From Octopus vulgaris (lineage: Eukaryota): 64,000 nt of DNA. The translations under genes and the position numbers were made by a program. Location of the stretch: assembly GCA_951406725.2 (NCBI GenBank), contig OX597815.1, positions 46,996,001-47,060,000 on the forward strand, in the 5' to 3' direction. The notes under the pieces are model-generated. The model ran no database searches. It worked only from the letters and a program-made list of their open reading frames with translations, and was not told the DNA's origin. Positions 55,310-64,000 of the stretch are shown here, piece by piece. Positions within the stretch are counted from its first letter, which is position 1, and every line of letters starts with the position of its first letter.

Positions 55310-56129
55310 TAAACAGTATCAATCACACAGTGTTGTATATGTGGTCTGTTTGCTCTCCGGTAGGCTGCGGAACAGTGTGGTGGGGATGACTCATTCAAAG
55401 CGTCGGGTGTTAAAACACTGAAGGTCATAGACAGGCGTGACCACTCGCCCCAAATCCCATTCAGAAGCGATATTTCGCCATTTTGGGGACAATCCACTTC
55501 ACCTACCTGAACCGAATAGGGAACGAACTGAGTTGCTAACCTACGACTGTAAAAATCATTTGTGTAAAAATCATTTGCTGGTATGTCGCGACGATGATTT
55601 TGTGGGAATAAATCCAGATACGAATTAGAATCAGCGCTAGTTTAATAAACATTATCAACCGCACATACTCGTGTATGTGATGTGCTTTCTCGAGACCAGA
55701 GTTTTCAGGCTTTCAACTCGTTATCTGTTTGAGGAACGATATATCATTTGTTAATTTGAACTAATACTGCTTCTGTCGCTTATGGCACACACACACACAC
55801 ACATACGCACACACACACACACAAACACACATACCCCCACCCCCACACATATATATGCCGCACTTCTATACAGTCTCTGTTTTTCTAACCCACTCGCAAG
55901 TCTTTGACCATTCAAGGGCTATAGTAGAAGATATTCGCTCAGGGTGCCGTACAGCGGGGCTGACACTGAAACTACGTGGTTGCAAAATGAGCTTCTTAAC
56001 TAAATAACCATGCCTGCGCCTATCTTTTATTTTATTTCTTAAGTATGTCTTGCTACTTTTGTTTTCCTAATTTATGATATGAATTTTATGACTTGGCTAG
56101 CTTCTGGCTTCATGCTCTTATTTGATAGG

Positions 56130-56340
56130 GCTGTGGTCATACCAAGTTAGTGGTCTCAGAGACGTCTTCATGCGTAGAGCCGACCAGGACCACCAGTACT
56201 CTTCATCGCTGGCCGTCTCGTGGCAGCTCCTTTGCATCCTCCAAGGTGACGTCAAGTTTCTGGAGATCTTCCCCAACCACATCCAACCATCTGGTGCGGG
56301 GCCTATTACAAAGCCCCATCCAACTTGTAGCTGCTGCATC
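56130..56340 (-). mobile_element. RTE-clade LINE 3' end remnant
   Basis: Minus-strand translation NRPRTRWLDVVGEDLQKLDVTLEDAKELPRDGQR*RVLV matches the RTE ORF C-terminal pattern GRP..RW.D.V..DL...A.DR..WR. Confidence 0.8.
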
Positions 56341-57380
56341 AAATTTTATAGTTAATTTTTTTTAATAGTTGTATGTTTCTTTCTAGTTGTTTTTGTCTGC
56401 TATCTTTAGCTTGTCGACCTACCGTGTAGAGGTTCTATTGTTGATTTTGGAAAGCTTATAATAAATTTGGGATCAATTATCTCTGATCCTCAACAATTGT
56501 TGCTGTTATTAAGCCCCATATTATTGCCAAAGAGTATACCTATCTTCAAAAGCCTTTAATCCGTAACCAACCTTTATTATTTGCATACATGTAATCATAT
56601 TTTGTATGTTACTCATTTTGTTAAGAAGATAGGGTTTGATTTCAGAGAGATTTAGCTGCTATATCTAACATACCGAGGACAAAGCTCTCTCTTTAAACTT
56701 GAACAATTTGAAATGAAGATAATCTACAAAAAGCATGGGATCAGAGAATTATCAAATCCATAATGTATCTTTCGTAGATTCCAGTAGGAGATTCTCGTTA
56801 TAAATCTTGAGAACATTTACAAAGCAGCATGCTGTTATGTGAACTGTCAAAGAAACGTTCCTCTCAGCAAGACAGATATAAAAATGCTTTAAGCTATATA
56901 CCCCCTCTAAATCTAGGTTTTGTGACTAAGAAATTCAATCTTCCTTTAAACATTTTTTCGTTTATTCCGCTTTCAATATTGGATGTTCGAACTACAGGTA
57001 GCAATAACGTAATGTAATAGAGTTTTACGTCCTAAGGAAGATCTAAGAAAATTAAACATATGCATATTGCGCATTCGTCAATGCTTTTCGGTTAAACGGG
57101 AACTTGAAATCATGCTAACTTTCGAAATCGGATTCGTACATACAAAAAAATCAAAATCAAAAAGAAAACAAAACAAAAAACTAACAAAGAAAAACAAAAT
57201 CTCTTACATTAATCCAATCAAGTGCATAGTATTTAGGCTGTATATAATTGAAGAAACACATGGTACATTTGAGTAATTTGTTGAAGATTTCATACAAAAG
57301 AACAATATCGCAGGCAAGACAAGCCCACTCAAATGACTAAAGAGATTTCGCAATGTCGGTACACTAATGCAAATATGAGA

Positions 57381-57439
<59 letters not shown>

Positions 57440-59152
57440 CGTGTATATTTATAGACACAGGTACATATATACTTACATGTATATGATATATTTACTTATA
57501 TTAATTTGAATAATATTCGAATGTATACAGAAATGTAATATGCATACATATATACAGGCACAAATATGTAATGATAGGCATACTGGGAAAGGAAGAACAT
57601 TCCAGTTGCAAGTACACTGTCATGATAGACACAGTTTCGGGTGCTAGGTAGATCAAGCTGCTTGGTTTAATATTATTTCCCAGCCAATAGTTGTTTTTAC
57701 TAGAGTTAACTTTACCAGAAACTCTCTACGGAAAGACTTGTCGAATGCTTACAAGAGAAAGAACTCTTTCTCAACTTTATCGAGTTCACCACAAATATTC
57801 TCCCGAATATTTTGCAGTGGGGATACGCAGGAATTTCTTTATGTGCAAGCTGTGCTTTTCTTTACATAATATATGCGCATCCTTGCCAGTAACCATCAGT
57901 CGACTTTCTTCAATTAAAAAACAAAATTACAAACCTTAATGTTATCGTGAAGACCTTTTTGTAAGCACATTTACAAAACATGCGCTTATGCAGATAAACA
58001 GCTCAACAGAAACACTGTCCATCACAATGCATACATATCCCAAGTGCAAAGTTATCCCCGGTTGCTTCAAATCAATGCAATTGATAGCCCTGACACTGTC
58101 ACTTTTACATCTGACCTTATACTCAATAGAATTTCCAGTCTCTCTTCCCTCTCTCTCTCTCAAACCATCTTTCTCTGTCCAGATTTCTGGAGTTCTCACG
58201 ACTGACAGACATTCGCTATATCTCTCATGGGGCCAAAAGCTAAACCTAAATCCACTGACCAATTTTCTCATATCTTCTCTAACATCCACGAGGCCACTAT
58301 TCTAGCATACATACCTTTGTTACATCTTACTAGCATGCATATTGCGCACGCGTGCACACACACACAAACAGAGTATGTGAAGAAGGCTGTTTGACACTCA
58401 GGCAATACATACACGCAAATATAAACATATTTCAATATGCAACGATGACATATACTAATACAAATCGTTCATATGCATGAACTTATTTATCTAGAAAGCT
58501 AGCCAGATCGATAGATAGCTACTGCTGCGAGTGCACACACACACAGACACACACACACGCACATATGCATCCAAGAAATTAGACTGTAAAAAATAGACAT
58601 TTAGAAGACTGATGAATCATATTTATTCACATCAATCAGCAAATTTATTTTAATTATTAATTAATTTCTAAGTACTGAATAAATGCTTCAAATATATTTT
58701 GAGAGAACATGTGCATACTACTATTTATTCAACTAATCTTTTTCTATGGCAGACTTTCGGAGTACGGTAAGTAATGTGATGCAGCCTATAAATGGAGCAC
58801 AAGAAAAAAACAAAAAAAGCAGCTGAACGCATTTCTAGAAATTCCAAGACATTTCTAGAACCTCCATATCGTAACATTGTTTGTGTACGTAATCACAGTG
58901 GACATGCTGAAAAAGATCTGTCTCAAATATACATCTAGTTAGAAATGCAATGAAGCTTTTCATTTAGTCTTTTTATTGATTAATTCCATGATATACAGTA
59001 CTGATGATATATAAATTTAAATTGACTCATGAGCCAGCATATACATACATATGCACACATGCAGTATAGGCATATTTATTGTATACATGTATGTTTGTGT
59101 GTGCGCGCGTCTGCTTGTTTTCAGCAGGCTTAGTTTTCAAATTAACTTTCAC

Positions 59153-59163
59153 TATTATTGTTG

Positions 59164-59234
<71 letters not shown>

Positions 59235-59237
59235 ATG

Positions 59238-59303
<66 letters not shown>

Positions 59304-59458
59304 GTTGTTGTTGTTGTTGTTGTTGCTGTTGTTGTTGTTATTATTATTATTATTATCATTATTATTATTATAGTTGCTGTTACTGTTATTATTATTATTG
59401 TTGTTGTTACTATTATTATTATTATTATTGTTATTGTTGTTGTTGTTGTTGTTGTTGC

Positions 59459-59501
<43 letters not shown>

Positions 59502-59622
59502 GTTGTTGTTGTTCTGGTTGTTGTTGTTGTTGTTGTTGTTGCTGTTATTATTATTATTATTATTATTATTATCATTATTATTATTATTGTTGCTGTTGCT
59601 GTTATTATTATTATTGTTGTTG

Positions 59623-59687
<65 letters not shown>

Positions 59688-59700
59688 TATTTATTTATTT
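59153..59700. repeat. Compound (ATT)n/(GTT)n tract, ~550 bp
   Basis: Direct reading. Confidence 0.95.
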
Positions 59701-59914
59701 TTGTCGTTAGCAGGCTACTAATATCGATGTTGCTGCTGCCGTTCTTGTTGTTTTTGACCTTGTTGCTGTCCTCGTTAGTTACAACTCAATAAATACCATA
59801 TCATTTTTTTTTCCTTCTTTTCTTACCATTTTGGTTTTTCCTTTTTCCTTTCTCCTCGACTGCATTTCAATTAGAAATGTTAATATCTTTGTTACTACTG
59901 TTTTATGCCTCATT

Positions 59915-59989
59915 TAACGTCATCAGTGAACACTGCACGAAAATAGGCCAATGAGACTAAGCGAACTTACCGGAAGTTGTGTAACGTCA
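59915..59989. promoter_or_regulatory. Candidate promoter/enhancer motif cluster
   Basis: TAACGTCA (CRE-like) twice, CCAAT and ACCGGAAGT (ETS) within 75 bp of non-repetitive DNA. Motif evidence only. Confidence 0.3.
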
Positions 59990-60388
59990 CTGCCTTCAAA
60001 TCTGCCTCATAAAATGACATATTTTTCCATGAGAGGCACATATGGATGCGTCAGCGATTTGTTCGTATATTTAAAATGACGGGAAAAAGCCATCAACTTT
60101 CTCTGCTTCGTTCGGGTTGGTTTCAGATGCTCAATGTATTTATCATGTATGCTATAGGGTTTGCAAATAGTACATTAATGTGAATATGTGTATATTTCTG
60201 TCTTGCGATGTTAAAATGATTGTACATATTTGAGTTAATCCCTTCTCTATGCTTGCCTTTTCCCAACTGTCCATGAACATTTGTTTGAATATTTGTTTTG
60301 ACTTATATGTGCGTATGTGGACCATGCTTTTTTACTTAAATACTTGAATGCGTGTGTTGAATGTTACAACTTGTAAATGAATAAACTG

Positions 60389-60482
<94 letters not shown>

Positions 60483-60707
60483 ATAGTTGATTACGAAGGC
60501 TGACACTCCTCACTGCTTCATATTTATATTTTCCTATTCTGACATGCAGATTGCTTCTTAAAAATTTAATTTTGCTTTTTCGGATCTTCCTAACTGCAAT
60601 GAAAAAGATTGCTGAAGGAAAATCGTAGTAATGTGACAAAAGCAAATAAAAAGATGCAGTCTTCGGTAATGTTTTTATTATTGTAATACCACTAACTCAG
60701 CAGCGAT

Positions 60708-61112
60708 TTAGGGGGAGGAGAGTAGTCGATTACATGAATTCCAGTGTTTCACTGGTAATTAATTTATCGATCCCGAAAGTCGACCTCGGCGGAGCATTTT
60801 GCTTGGCGTGGTAAAGACGGACGAAATGCCGTAAAGCATTTTGCCAGGCGTAGTAAACGATTCTACCAGCTCGCTGTCTTTTAATAATAATAATAATAAT
60901 AATAATAATGATTTCAAATTTTAACACAAACGCAGCAATTTTGGGGGAGGGGTTAAGTCGATTACACTGACCCCCACTACTTATTTATCGACCCCGAAAC
61001 GATGAAAGGTAAAGTCGACCTCGGCGGAATTTGAACTCAGAACGTGCAGACGGACGAAATACCGCTTAGCATTTTGCCCGGTGTGCTAACGATTCTGCCA
61101 GCTCGCAGCCTT
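60708..61112 (-). mobile_element. Two tandem SINE family B copies separated by (AAT)n
   Basis: 60708-60881 and 60909-61112. Confidence 0.85.
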
Positions 61113-61744
61113 TAAATAACAATAACAACAACAACAGCACCAATATCGGCAATAAAGAAAAAAGGTAAACGAAAAATATATAATTTGAAAGGGAATTGAA
61201 CTGCTACTACACAATATTTGAACGAAGCACTTCGTCGAATAGGTCATGTTGACCTGTTTTGATAGAAATATCTCATAATTCTATCCAAGGAGAGACATTT
61301 TATTTCCGTCACATTTTCTACGGATTTTGCCACTTGCTGTTTATGTATCAATCAAGCAACTCGTTTTAAGGATGATGTTTCATTAAGCAGGCGTTAATCC
61401 GTTTCACACGCACCAATATTCGTTTCTCCAGAGTACTTATGAATATTTATTAATCTGCAAGTCAAGCGACTTTGATCTGAAACCACCACTAGAGAAGAAA
61501 GCAGAAATTTTTTGCCAACTCGTGTCTAATAAGGTGTGGAAAGTTATGGTGTAGAATATCAGGATGTGCTGCTGTATATGTTGGTACTGATGTGAGTATG
61601 AAGGTGTTTGAGGAGATATTCTTCATTGAAACTGTTGCTAATAGTGATTTCTTAATAAGGCACAAAATGTTTTTGTTTTGAGCTGAAGGGAATAGTTAGA
61701 CCAGAATAATTGTATCACTCGTACGATTAGAATAAAAATCTGTT

Positions 61745-62210
61745 CCTTTCCTGTTTCGTCTCATTCCGATGGCTTACGTGGTTGTTTTCTTTTCCTGGGG
61801 CCTTCGCCTGTCATTAATGGCCATGGATCAAGATTCTAGCTTACCCATCTTACTGGAACAGCATTGTTTATGGCTGAACAGTTTGATGCGCCAATGACAG
61901 TCTCTCCCATATAAATCGTACTTGTGAGCAGTCCCGGCGTTGTGCGAACTGTAGCGATGAATTATAACCGGTAACTTTTGCTCCTCAGTTGCTCCTCGTG
62001 TTGTGTCAAAGCCGTAGTGTCCTCTCCAGTGCGTTGTCCGTTGGGATACATGTCTGGGAAGTATGGTATGGAGGACAAGTTGCTGTCCATGCACTGCATC
62101 TCGTCTCCACGTCAGATATGGATCCAAAGAAACTGCGCAGCTGCCACAATATAGCACTAGCGTGGTCGCAGGATTTGCTAGAGCGTGGTTAAAAAATGTC
62201 GAAATGCCTC
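61745..62210 (-). mobile_element. Probable RTE-like LINE 5' UTR remnant
   Basis: GC-richer block. Segment GTGGAGACGAGATGCAGTGCATGGACAGC...TCCATACCATACTTCCCAG is similar to the body of the SINE at 29085-29250. The RTE assignment is from recollection. Confidence 0.5.
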
Positions 62211-62883
62211 ATGGCTGGGTAAGGCCGCAAGAGAGCGCAAATTTTGAATCAAAGATTTCCTCCTATTAAATGACTCCTTATTTTCTGAATTCAAATAAGT
62301 TCAGAAGCTCTTTAGCCAGTTTAACTTTTAGGATTCAGTAAAATAGATAACTTGAGATTTATGATTTAATCCTCCTACTACTAAACTGCGATATACACCT
62401 AACATCGAAAAAGCGAGAACCTTTGATCTGTCACAGAAATCAGTAGAATTAGCCACCAGAGTTTCCTCAAATATTCATCTTATTTTTTTTAACACACACA
62501 CATATATTCGATAATGCACTGTGAAAACCTGTCTCGATAATATAAGGGAAATGTCGAGTTGAGAAAGCTTTTGAAAATCGGTATGTTACTTTAAAGTTGA
62601 CCTACGGCTAAATACATTGACAAAAGTAATCATTGAAATAGATTTAATTCCTTATTGTTCCGGGTTTTGAAAAATAGGACCAGTTTGTACTTTTTGGTAG
62701 AAATGCATTCTTTGGAATCTAAGTCAGGAAGAAAATGCCTCTGGCTATTGTTGTTGCTGTGTAACAGCAGAATAACTTTGAATATTGAGAGTTGTGGTCA
62801 ATGACGTTTCAGTCGTCACCATTCAATCTGGAATTAACATCACAATATCCTTCCGTCTTATAACAATTGTCAATTTAATATAG

Positions 62884-63097
62884 GTTTCAAATTTTGGCAG
62901 AAGGCCAGCAAGTTCGAGGGATGGGGGCAAATCGATTATATCGACCCCAGTATTCAACCTTTACTTATTTTATCGACCCCGAAAGGATGAAAAGCAAAGT
63001 CAGCACTGACCGAATTTGAACTCAGAACGTTAGGACAGACGAAATGTCGCTAAGCATTTTGCCCGGCGTGCAAGCGCCTCTGCTGGCTCGCTGCCTC
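62884..63097 (-). mobile_element. SINE family B
   Basis: TATCGACCCCGAAAGGATGAAAAGCAAAGTC...GAACTCAGAACG. Confidence 0.85.
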
Positions 63098-63470
63098 AGT
63101 AGTCGATTTTAATATTGATAATAATAATGATGATTTCTTTATTAGCCATCAGGGCTCGCACAAAAAAAAACAACAACAACAAAAAACGAGGACATTACAA
63201 GGAGAGGGTTACAGAAAGTTAAGGAGTTTTATGCTTAAATTAAAACAAATATGCTAATATTAAAATTTCAGCAGGTAAAATTCCCTCAAAAGAGTAGGGC
63301 GACTTCTAAGATTTGGTTGCTATTTCGATAGGCCGAGGGACCCCTGACTGGCTTCTCGTTTTGTTAGTTCGAACTACAATTATTGTTATGGTTAGATATT
63401 ATCAAATCTAGTACATTACTGGCATTTATTATGCCTATTCTAGATGTAACAATGACCACTCACACCAGTG

Positions 63471-63631
<161 letters not shown>

Positions 63632-63789
63632 ATATGTATATATATCAGTTTCTCGATCTGAAAAAGACAGCTCTGTAGTTTCTTGCCGATCATTCTGCAC
63701 AAACAATTTATTTGCGCCATTCATGAACCCGCTCCCTTCATCAAATCGACATTTCTTATATATATCACACGTAAAATGTCCAAGTGATC

Positions 63790-63910
63790 GCAGAGCAGCC
63801 AGAGATGAAGCATTTTGCTCAAGAACACAATGTACCCGCGGTCCGAGAATCGAACCCACTAGCTCGCGACTGTGAGTGCGACACCTTAAGTACTAGACCA
63901 CTCGCTCGCT
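63790..63910 (-). mobile_element. SINE family C 5' part
   Basis: TTTTGCTCAAGAACACAA...GAGAATCGAACCC reverse B box. Confidence 0.7.
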
Positions 63911-64000
63911 GAGAAAACAGAAGTAAAGGACTGACAAAACCAAGTATTTGAATGCATTTAGAGGACATCCTAGTGGTTTGATAATATTCAATAATGTTTT

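Noticed and set aside
59027-59792. Long 182-237 aa ORFs
   Set aside because: Compound ATT/GTT trinucleotide tract.

Overview
AT-rich, microsatellite-saturated eukaryotic intergenic or intronic DNA. The repeat families look like those I recall from octopus (coleoid cephalopod) genomes; this is inference, not a database match. No intact host protein-coding gene is recognisable, and almost the whole ORF track is simple-repeat artefact. The window is a mosaic of: three abundant tRNA-derived SINE families (called A, B, C here); three mariner derivatives; two hAT-type MITEs with 8-bp TSDs; RTE-clade LINE remnants; a Penelope-like element (PLE) reverse transcriptase remnant with a YRDD motif; and several short local duplications. 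The most notable signal is a set of minimal type I hammerhead ribozyme (HHR) motifs. Four sit inside a recurring element built as tRNA-like Pol III head + (AAT)n + hammerhead + (AATGTAAAT)n tail, i.e. a ribozyme-bearing SINE. One inverted copy of its tail begins at the predicted cleavage site. Coordinates were read by eye and degenerate ends may be off by a few bases.
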